Part shown: one piece after another, positions 21,949 through 30,377 of the stretch
Layout of the letters: every line of letters begins with the position of its first letter
Numbering within the stretch: position 1 is the first letter of the stretch
DNA from: Cyanophora paradoxa CCMP329
Lineage: Eukaryota; Plantae; Glaucophyta
Length of the DNA: 64,000 bases
Reading direction: 5' to 3'
Assembly: GCA_004431415.1 (NCBI GenBank)
Contig: QPMI01000588.1
Location: 124,001 to 188,000, forward strand
Made by a program: the position numbers and the translations under genes
Notes under the pieces: model-generated
What the model saw: the letters and a program-made list of their open reading frames with translations, nothing else
The model's database searches: none
Told to the model about the DNA's origin: nothing

Positions 21949-22995
21949 ATGACCTCTCTATTAGAAATCCCAAACTATGAACTTGCAGCCAAATCACTCC
22001 ATAGCACCTCTCATGGAGTAGTTGATTCAACCCCTGGGTATATTTGCACTGAAACTTCAAGTAATACCTCTTTTACAGAGAATAATATACTCAGAGTGAA
22101 AGAAATTCGATGTGATCGGAATGGAGGCAAGATAAGAACCACAGGTATTATTATCTCGAATAAAAATCAGGTTCAAGCAGGTCAAGTAGTCCCCGATTCA
22201 GCAGTTTATGATAATGTAGGTGGATTCACCACAGCACAGATAGTTACTTTTGGTAACACAAGCAATAGTTCCGCTCTTGTGGTCAAGAGTGGAGGAGCAT
22301 ACTTTGGAGAGGCATTAAAGGTGAATGGAACAGTAACAGCATCCATACTAAATGCTGGAAGTGGAATATTTGAGAGTCCAATAAATTTTGAGGGTGGGTA
22401 TAATGCGAGTAGTTTTTCAGTTGGTGTTGGTGTCTTTTCCACAATGGTAAACACACCTGAAATTGAAACAACAGATGCTTTAAATATAAAGAGAAATGCA
22501 GTGGTTACAGCAACCATAAACAATGTCTCCCCTTCAATAAATCTTATTAAATATCTGAAAGCTCCTCACCCTCGGTTTTGTATTGTTAATTATTCAACAT
22601 CAGCAGTTACTGTGGGAACTACATCAACAGCAAGGAGATTCACTTTTAATAGAACTCTTGTAGATGCAAGCAATAATATCACATTGTCCACAGGCACTTT
22701 TACAGCACCTGTCTCAGGAATTTATAGATTCTTCTTTACTGTTCAAATGTCAACAGCATCATCCACAGGTGAGTGTAGAGTTGCATTTAGAAAGAATGAT
22801 TTGGCTCTTTCCCCTCAAACGGTTCAAGAATTTTCAACTTACAATGGAAGGCGGAGTGTTCATATGGAGGCTTCTTTTGCTGTATATGCGAACGAATTTG
22901 TGAATGTTATACAAACCTGGACATCATCCATGCAATATGATGCTACAATACAAGGTATTACCTGTTTTGGGGGGCATCTCATCAGTAGATTATAA
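21949..22995 (+). CDS. Fibre/spike paralog 1 with C-terminal C1q-like domain
   Basis: Shared N-domain (RVKEIRCDRN.G..RTT, ALVVKSGGA) and C1q motif GTFTAPVSGIYRF...FGGHLI. Confidence 0.75.
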   Translation: MTSLLEIPNYELAAKSLHSTSHGVVDSTPGYICTETSSNTSFTENNILRVKEIRCDRNGGKIRTTGIIISNKNQVQAGQVVPDSAVYDNVGGFTTAQIVTFGNTSNSSALVVKSGGAYFGEALKVNGTVTASILNAGSGIFESPINFEGGYNASSFSVGVGVFSTMVNTPEIETTDALNIKRNAVVTATINNVSPSINLIKYLKAPHPRFCIVNYSTSAVTVGTTSTARRFTFNRTLVDASNNITLSTGTFTAPVSGIYRFFFTVQMSTASSTGECRVAFRKNDLALSPQTVQEFSTYNGRRSVHMEASFAVYANEFVNVIQTWTSSMQYDATIQGITCFGGHLISRL

Positions 22996-23017
22996 ACTTT
23001 TTGTTGGGACTTTATAG

Positions 23018-24040
23018 ATGGCTACCCAAATCGCAGTTCCTGTTTTCTGTTATGCAGCACCTAAATTGCATCAACTGAACCACACAGTTACAGATGCTAT
23101 TCCCGGGTTTATTTGCACAGAAACCACAGGAGCAGATTCGTTTACTCAAAATTCGATTATCAGATGCAAGGAAATTCGATGTGATAGAAATGCTGGAAAA
23201 ATAAGAACCACACAATTAATCGTAAGTAACAAGAATCAGGTTTTAACAGGTGGTGTAGTTGCTGATGCAGCTATTTATGATGATGCAGGTGGGGTGACCA
23301 CACCACAAATTGTTACTTTTGATGGGACAGAAAATAATGCAGCACTTGTAGTTAAATCAGGTGGAGCATGGATAGGTTCGGGAGCTTTTGTGAATGGAAC
23401 ACTCTCAGCTACAAATGTTTCAATTTCAGGAACAACAACATTTACAGGTGTTGTGAATGCAAATGGTGGGCTTTTTGTTCCTACTTATACAGTCCCTGTG
23501 ATGACCACAACCACAAAGATACAAACACCTGAAATAGATACAGGAGCAAATGTAGATCTGATTCTGAAACGAAATAGCACATAAGTCGCACGAATTGATG
23601 CAGGGGGTCTTACAATCGCAGCAAACTTTTATTTGAAGCAAGAAACCCAACCTCGATTTTGTGTTGGGTTTGGTGTAGCAACAAGAAGTGGAGTATATGG
23701 GCGCCTTACGAATTGGTTGCATGAATTCTTTGATAATACCAACTCATTCAATGTAGTAGAAGGGAAATTTACAGCGCCTATTAGTGGAGATTATAGATTC
23801 TCTCTTACTTCTTATAGTATTGTTACATCCTCTGTGAGTGTAGATCTGAAAGTAAATGATCAGAATGTTTCAACAGAATTCAATTTCAGGGTAAACAACT
23901 CTCAAACAGTAACCAACAAAACAATCAATTTGAGCGCAATACTTAGACTTGGAGCCGGGGATAATGTCTCTATTTATGCTATTGATACTTCCATTTCAGA
24001 GTTCACAACATTTAGTGGCGAATTGCTGAGCATAATTTAA
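23018..24040 (+). pseudogene. Fibre/spike paralog 2 with C1q-like domain, interrupted by in-frame TAA at 23582-23584
   Basis: ORFs 23018-23584 and 23633-24040 are in one frame and colinear with paralog 1 (KRNST*VARID vs KRNAVVTATIN). GKFTAPISGDYRF...FSGELL. Confidence 0.8.
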
Positions 24041-24059
24041 TTTCTACAAGTAGTTTAGA

Positions 24060-24323
24060 ATGTCGAATATATATCAAGTGGTTCTTACAGATACAGAAAA
24101 TCTCGGAATGGAGTATTGCGCTTTATCTGTTCAAGATTGGATTGATAATGCTGTTCACAACAGGGCAAGAATCGCAATCGATGATATTGTTCAAAAAGAA
24201 ATTCAATCTTGCATCTCAGGTGGTATCCAAATACCAACCTCAAAGGAAGCGATTGTATTACAGGCATTCCAAAGGGGAACTGTAAAGAAAGGCATTGAGT
24301 ATAACAATGTCACAGAAGAGTAG
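24060..24323 (+). CDS. Small protein resembling phage proteins encoded beside C1q-type tail fibres
   Basis: LTDTE...QDWIDNAVHNRARIAIDDIV...IP..KEAIV..AF.RG, recognised from memory of marine/cyanophage fibre-adjacent genes. Confidence 0.55.
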   Translation: MSNIYQVVLTDTENLGMEYCALSVQDWIDNAVHNRARIAIDDIVQKEIQSCISGGIQIPTSKEAIVLQAFQRGTVKKGIEYNNVTEE

Positions 24324-24361
24324 TGAACATTATTTTTCTTTCCTTCTTAGTAAAAGAAGCA

Positions 24362-25216
24362 ATGGGTGAATATAATCGAGTTCAACTTCCAATATATTCC
24401 CTTGGATCCCCTGCTATGCACTTTCGCCAGCATGAAGTTAATGATGAGGTTCGTGGTTTAGAATCCACAGAGAGACCCAATTCCAATGGTAACTCCTTTG
24501 ATAAAAATTCGATTATTCGAGTTAAAGAACTGAGAGCAGACAAGAATTCTGGTGTGGTTAAAACAACTCGACTCCTTGTCTCAAATGCGAATTTCTTCCA
24601 ACCTACCAATGGAGGTCCTGATGCTTACAGTGTAGACCTGAAAGCCCTCGATTTTGACAAGAATTCTGCTGCTGTAACTGTGAGATCAGGTGGAGCATTT
24701 ATTGGTGGTGGTTGCAGAGTTTCAGGTCAACTCTCCTCATCAATTGCATACAATGATGTCCCAGATACTCTTGAACAGAATGCTGAGAACCCACAACGAA
24801 TTCGGTTCTATACACCAGTTGCACAGCAACCTTTTCTGCATTTCTATGTTGCATCATCTGTCACTCTTGAAAATTCAGAATTGGTTTCCATTACAGGAAC
24901 TGATCGAGTGAGAAGGAATATTCCTCTTCCCACAGCAATGCTCTCAATGTGCAGAGCAAATAATAACCAACAAGGTCACAATTACCTATTCTTTGTTCAA
25001 GCATCCAACCATTTTGGTCGGGGATATTGTGTTTATAACAATCTGACATTTACTTATGATTTGTTTGTCACTGAGGTTGGAGTTTACAATACTATGATTA
25101 TGGGACTGAGAACAGATATAGCAGCTGTTTCAGCACTTCGTGGGGTAAACATTGCAGATATCTTCACAACAGGGTTTTACCAGGAACCAGATGTGATTGA
25201 TAACCCAACCCCATAA
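24362..25216 (+). CDS. Fibre/spike paralog 3
   Basis: Shared N-domain RVKELRADKNSGVVKTTRLLVSN...RSGGAFIG, with a non-C1q C-terminus. Confidence 0.7.
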   Translation: MGEYNRVQLPIYSLGSPAMHFRQHEVNDEVRGLESTERPNSNGNSFDKNSIIRVKELRADKNSGVVKTTRLLVSNANFFQPTNGGPDAYSVDLKALDFDKNSAAVTVRSGGAFIGGGCRVSGQLSSSIAYNDVPDTLEQNAENPQRIRFYTPVAQQPFLHFYVASSVTLENSELVSITGTDRVRRNIPLPTAMLSMCRANNNQQGHNYLFFVQASNHFGRGYCVYNNLTFTYDLFVTEVGVYNTMIMGLRTDIAAVSALRGVNIADIFTTGFYQEPDVIDNPTP

Positions 25217-25239
25217 ATTATATATCACTTTAATGTAAA

Positions 25240-26073
25240 ATGGCTGCCCCAGCACCAGTAGAGCGAATTATTACACCCCAGCTATCATTAGCAGCACCTG
25301 CAAATCACGTTTTGCAGCATGCTACCTTTGATGATGTAGAAGGTCTCCAATCAACAGAAGTCCAACCTACAATGAATACCTTTGGTTCCACCCACAAACT
25401 GAGATTGCAGGAACTCAGGTGTGATAAAAATAATGGTATAGTTAAGACAACGAAACTCCTTGTCACAAATGCAAACTTTTCTGCCCATTATGGAGACCCA
25501 GACAGCTATGGTGATCCTCTTTCTACTTATTCTTTTGAATCTCGGTCGGGAGCTATTAACTGCAAATCGGGGGGAGCATATATTGGTGATGGTCTTCGGA
25601 TTGGTGGAGCTGTTGGTGCGCCTCTTTTCGTAAATGATCAACCCAATCCCATTGATCCCAACACCAGAATTCGCACCTATGTCCCCAGTATGAATGCGCC
25701 ATACATTATAAAGATCTTCCCAATTGTTGTGAATGAGCAGACATCAGTAGTTGATTCTCTTGTTGAGATTGGTGACCACTACAAGGTGGTTGTTGATATT
25801 CCACCAGATGTTTATGCTGTCTGTCAAGTGGAGGGTGGAACTCCAAATATTGCAGTTGTGATCACTCCATATGATAATTTTGGAATTGCTTATCATGGTG
25901 TGAATTTCGGTCTTGAAGATTACCAGTTCTTGGTGAGAGCCACCAGATTTGGTATCTACAAATGCATTCTCTATGCTGAGAGAACCGATGCTATTGCAAG
26001 ACAGAATACATATGCAGAATATTACGGCACAAATCGCTACTTCCCCATTTTCGGACAGGATACTGCTCCATAG
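25240..26073 (+). CDS. Fibre/spike paralog 4
   Basis: RLQELRCDKNNGIVKTTKLLVTNANF...KSGGAYIG. C-terminus related to paralog 3 (FG..Y...G.Y.....RTD). Confidence 0.7.
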   Translation: MAAPAPVERIITPQLSLAAPANHVLQHATFDDVEGLQSTEVQPTMNTFGSTHKLRLQELRCDKNNGIVKTTKLLVTNANFSAHYGDPDSYGDPLSTYSFESRSGAINCKSGGAYIGDGLRIGGAVGAPLFVNDQPNPIDPNTRIRTYVPSMNAPYIIKIFPIVVNEQTSVVDSLVEIGDHYKVVVDIPPDVYAVCQVEGGTPNIAVVITPYDNFGIAYHGVNFGLEDYQFLVRATRFGIYKCILYAERTDAIARQNTYAEYYGTNRYFPIFGQDTAP

Positions 26074-26100
26074 AAATCTCAGGTATATATAGAGAGAGGG

Positions 26101-26373
26101 ATGGATGATAAAACAAAGAAATTCATAGAATCTGCAATGATGGTTCATGGTGATGCTAAATTCGATTATAGTGAGACAGTCTATAAGAAAGCACAAGAGA
26201 AGGTATCTGTTAGATGCCTTAAATGCAACAAGATCCTGCAAACCTACCCATTTAATCATGTAAGGGGCAGTGGTTGCAGAGAGTGCAACAAGAAATCCTC
26301 TCATGCTTACAGAAAAAAGACAACATCAGGAATTGTGATAGATGATAAACCAGTAGTATTATATTTCGATTAG
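26101..26373 (+). CDS. Stand-alone Zn-ribbon (DUF723/CapR-like) domain without a nuclease domain
   Basis: FIESA..VHG..FDYS..VY.....V.VRC..C.......NH..GSGC..C, typical of NCLDV/phage homing-endonuclease N-terminal repeats. Confidence 0.7.
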   Translation: MDDKTKKFIESAMMVHGDAKFDYSETVYKKAQEKVSVRCLKCNKILQTYPFNHVRGSGCRECNKKSSHAYRKKTTSGIVIDDKPVVLYFD

Positions 26374-26519
26374 ATCTTTGAGAGAGAAATGAGAATCTTT
26401 CCCCATTTTCCCTTGGTGATTATGCATGTATCAAAGCAGTTGGGACAGGTCTTGTGGTAGTGCAACAGAATGATATCCACCAACTCATAAGGTAGCACTC
26501 TTGCTAAGATGGTTCGCAT
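26370..26519 (-). CDS. 49-aa ORF not in the ORF track, with F-box-like LPYELVDIIL and CxxC
   Basis: Own translation: MRTILARVLPYELVDIILLHYHKTCPNCFDTCIITKGKWGKILISLSKI*. It fills the gap between its neighbours. Confidence 0.45.
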   Translation of the reverse strand: MRTILARVLPYELVDIILLHYHKTCPNCFDTCIITKGKWGKILISLSKI

Positions 26520-26559
26520 TCTACCAATCGCGTTTTTAATTTTTCTAAATTATTCATAA

Positions 26560-26961
26560 ATGAATACTCATCGAGGCTTCCATGTGATGCTGGATTACAA
26601 ATTCAGAACCCAATTAGCAGTAGGAGTGGAAAACTTGGAGACAACAACCAGGTGGTTAATGCAGTTCTTGCAAACTATTATTCAAGAGCAAGGTATTCGA
26701 GTAGTTCACAAGCATTGCGAGATTTTCGATGGTGGTATTTCTCCTCCTGGTTTTGCAATGGTTCTTCTGCTGGATGAGAGCCATTGCACTGCTCATTGTT
26801 ACTCAAATGAAGGTATGCTGGCGATCGATATATTCAGTTGTGGATTAGAAGCAGAGAGAAAAACCACGAGAGTATCTCATGAGATAGATGAGAGAATAAC
26901 AGGTGTGTTTTCAGGGTTGGAGAAATCGGAGAAACATAGAGTATTGCGATTTCCGAGTTAG
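26560..26961 (+). CDS. speD: S-adenosylmethionine decarboxylase proenzyme, prokaryotic class I type
   Basis: GFAMVLLLDESHCTAHCY..EG.LAIDIFSCG contains the E|SH self-cleavage site and the D.F.CG motif. Confidence 0.85.
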   Translation: MNTHRGFHVMLDYKFRTQLAVGVENLETTTRWLMQFLQTIIQEQGIRVVHKHCEIFDGGISPPGFAMVLLLDESHCTAHCYSNEGMLAIDIFSCGLEAERKTTRVSHEIDERITGVFSGLEKSEKHRVLRFPS

Positions 26962-27549
26962 TTGACACTGAGAAATTCAGAATTTCAGATGGTCTTACTG
27001 AAAATGGTCAGATAATCGGGTGTGACACCTATTTAATTGACTGTGACGCCTCTTTAATTGACTGTGACGCCTGTGACGCCTGTGACGCCTACTTTCAAAC
27101 TTTTTAAAATTTTCAAAAATGACAGACTTCTGAAAACAGCCGTCACAGCCGTCACAGCCGTCACACCCAATTAAAAATGGAATCTCTTTCTCTTACTGAG
27201 ATATTCAAACATATATTCTTGTCTTACTGAAATCCGTCTTGTGACACCTCTGACACCTACAAAACACTATTCATTAATCCACCTTTTCGAAAATGCGAAG
27301 TTGTCTTACTGGAAATGGTCTGCATTTTCGCTGTGACACCTAATTTAATTGAGTGTGACGCCTGTGACGCCTGTGACGCCTACTTTCAAACTTTTTAAAA
27401 TTTTCAAAAATGACAGACTTCTGAAAACAGGCGTCACAGCCGTCACAGGCGTCACAGACATTCTGCCCCCCTTACTACTCTTCTCAAAAATAGAAATATA
27501 TCTTACTGAATATCATTTGAATACTATCTGTCACACTTGATTTCATTTA

Positions 27550-28824
27550 TACTAAGTTATAACTTATTACTTAAGACGCAAGCGGACACTTGCGAAAAAA
27601 ATCGGGTTAACACGGCCGGCTGAGCTTGCAGTTTCGATTCAGTTCCCCGTTTTGTCGCACCCAATATGAACCCTCATGTGCGAACACGTCGAGTGTCGAC
27701 ATCGATATCGGCGTATACCATATACGTAGAGTCGTAGACCCGACTCACCCCGACAGCTGCCGCAGCCAGTGCCAGCCACTAGCTGCTGCATGCCAGCTGC
27801 AGCCTGCAGGCTGCCAGCTGCAGGCGAACGCGATCATCGGATAGGCCTAGGTGGCATACTAAGTTCGAATCGGCCGCGGACCACAGACCACGGCGAGTCG
27901 ACGTCGCGACTCGCGACTCGCGAATTCGAATCTCCCCAAAACGCTAGATTTACTAAGTTAATGTCGACGTCGACGTCGACTCGTCCCGCGGGCCGCGGCG
28001 TACGTGGATATCGATCGACGAACGTAGTTACCCAAAATGACGTCGTTCCCCAAAACGCTAGATTTTCAAGCTTGACATCGTTTGCAAACGGAAACTACGT
28101 GGTGGCCATGGCTTATCCGCGGATAACGGAACTTTTTTGAAAGTAACGGAAAATGGCGGATACTAGTAACGGAAAGTAACGGAAACACACCGTGACTGCA
28201 GTCTGCATGCAGCTAGCGCTGGACTAGTACCGTAGTAGTACGTATACTGCTGCTGATGTAGGCTTTATAAGCAGTCTTAGCTATAGGCTCTATAATAATT
28301 AACGCAGCTACAGCCCGCACTACGTATACGACATGCGCAGCCTGGCCATGGCAGGCTGCAGCAGCGCAGCTGCAGCTGTCATGAACGTTGCGCTCAGCAA
28401 CCGTGTACGCACTGCTCCTGCTGCATAGATAGCGTCTGTACATACGTTCGTGGCTAGCGCTAGCATAGGCGCTTGTCTTGAAGGAGCACATCAGCAGGCG
28501 AAGCCAACGCAGCGCTCGGCTAGCGGAAGCAGCGAATATTTCGAAGCTTAAGGCTCGAGGCGCCCGCCTATTAATTTTTAATGATGAATTCGAAGTAGCG
28601 AGGCTATTTAAATTTGAAGACAAAGAAAGACCGCAGTGCCCTGAATTCGAAGTCTAGATCTGGCATTTTTTCTGAGATACTGCGATGGGGCGATCGAAAC
28701 CCCCGTACACGTACGGGTATGTATCGCGTTTCAAATTCATATGCATGCATATTTCACGCACAGACAGAGCCTGCAGCTGGAATTATTAAATGGGGGGGTG
28801 CGGGGGGGCTTGCCCCCCTGCTTG
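27550..28824 (+). mobile_element. Non-autonomous Helitron-like (HUH/rolling-circle type) insertion
   Basis: Absent from the left TIR. Sits at an A|T junction with no TSD (1-bp ambiguity), starts TACTAAG and ends in the GC hairpin GCGGGGGGG-CTTG-CCCCCCTGC followed by TTG. Insertion is certain; the class is inferred. Confidence 0.6.
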
Positions 28825-29423
28825 TTCTGTTTTATAGAACATCTGCAATCTAATCGATTGATCAATTGGAGACCATGCAACTCTGTGACACTTTTTCGAT
28901 GCAAAAATGTTCATCAGCAATCTCATCGATTGTTTAATTGGACATGATGCAGTTCCGAGATATTCCAATAGAAAATCGCGCAATCTCCTCAATTGTTTAA
29001 TTGGACATAATGCAACTCTGTGACACTTTTTCGGTGCAAAAATGTAAATCCGCAATTCCATCGATTGTTTAATTGGACATAATGCAACTCTGTGACAGTT
29101 TTTGCGTTTTCCGATACAAAATGGGCGGTGGTCTACTTCAATACCGATGAGATATATCGAGTTTATGCGAATTTATGCGAATTTATGCGAATTAATCGCG
29201 ATTATATCGTTCTTTAAGTAGTTTAATGTTAATCAATCGAAGTTATATATGTAATCGACAAAGAACATAATCTATCGATATAATATCGATTGAATCAATC
29301 GTGAATATGCATTAAATTAAACGCGTTTATCATTTTTAATACAAAGTTTGCATTAATTTATACAAAGTTTGCATAAAAAGTTAAAGAAATTAATCGATAA
29401 ATATGTATTTTAGTATTAAATTA

Positions 29424-29508
29424 ACACATATTGAAAAACGAATTTAAATCCAGGAGCGAAGCGCGAAGCGCGAAGCGGAGGGATTTAAATTCGTTTTTCA
29501 ATATGTGT
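29424..29508. other. Right terminal hairpin with (GCGAAGC)x3 at 29456-29476
   Basis: 29424-29451 pairs with 29481-29508. Confidence 0.95.
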
Positions 29509-29514
29509 GCTCGG
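29509..29514. repeat. Right 6-bp TSD GCTCGG
   Basis: Identical to 2818-2823. Confidence 0.95.
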
Positions 29515-30377
29515 GCTCTAGATCTCATTTGTGCCAGTCTTCCACTTGAAATCAGGCATGCGCTTCAGCGAGAATGTCTCTCTCGAATTCGCGCGCTCGT
29601 CGACTTCTTCGAAGATCGCTGTCTGCATCCACAGCTGCATCTGGAGCACCGCTTCTACGATGTCGGGTAGCTGCTCCTTCAGTTTCGACGAGCGGATACT
29701 CCTGATCTCTTCGCCAACCTTTACGCGCACGAGACCATCGCTAACGCTCTCGTTCCCGCCCGCGTTCGACGTCATCTCGCGCTGCGCGATGCTCCACGTG
29801 CGCGTGTACCCTCCCCCGCATATATGACAGCCTGGCGCACTGCTCCAATGAGGTGCGCAGCGACCGGCCAGCCTTTGCGTGCAGTGCTTGCGCATCTAGA
29901 TGGTCAAATAAACGCGCTCAGAACGCGCCTCGTCTACGGCCATAGCCTGTTTCTGGACCTATATACATCTGGAACATACAGTCTGAAGAGTTTCCGGCCT
30001 GTAGGACCCCTGTTACCCGGGCCCCAGCCTGGCAGGGCCCTAGCGCCTCCTCAGAGCCTTCGCCTTACCGGTGCCCCAGGCTCCCTCGAGCTCAGCACCG
30101 ACGTCTCTGCGTCGACCGGCGCGTCTCGTGACTCTCGTCACGTCAACCGGCCGTATTCACGCCTCGGATGCGCCCGCGCGTGGCGGGTCTGTGCGAGCGA
30201 TCGACATACTAGTACGTGCACAGCTGCAGGGCAGCTTGTCAGGACGGCGGCACGACTGGCGACCAGGCCTGATCATGAGCTCCAGGCTTTGATCTAGATC
30301 TTGAATGATGATGATCGGTATGCGTAGCAGCTATAGATCTGCAGCTGGCTGCCTTCGGTCGCAGCTGCAGCGTGCGC

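Larger units (their letters stand above)
2824..29508. mobile_element. Endogenous Polinton-like virus (26,685 bp; about 20,058 bp without nested insertions)
   Basis: Long TIRs, 6-bp TSD, abrupt shift to AT-rich intronless compact genes, MCP + pentons + A32 ATPase + D5 primase-helicase. Confidence 0.95.
26866..29508 (-). repeat. Right terminal inverted repeat, interrupted by a 1275-bp insertion
   Basis: 26866-27549 plus 28825-29508 totals 1368 bp and is the reverse complement of 2824-4191. Confidence 0.95.

Noticed and set aside
23582-23584. Stop-codon readthrough or alternative genetic code
   Set aside because: TAA terminates many other genes in the element; a single nonsense mutation is simpler.
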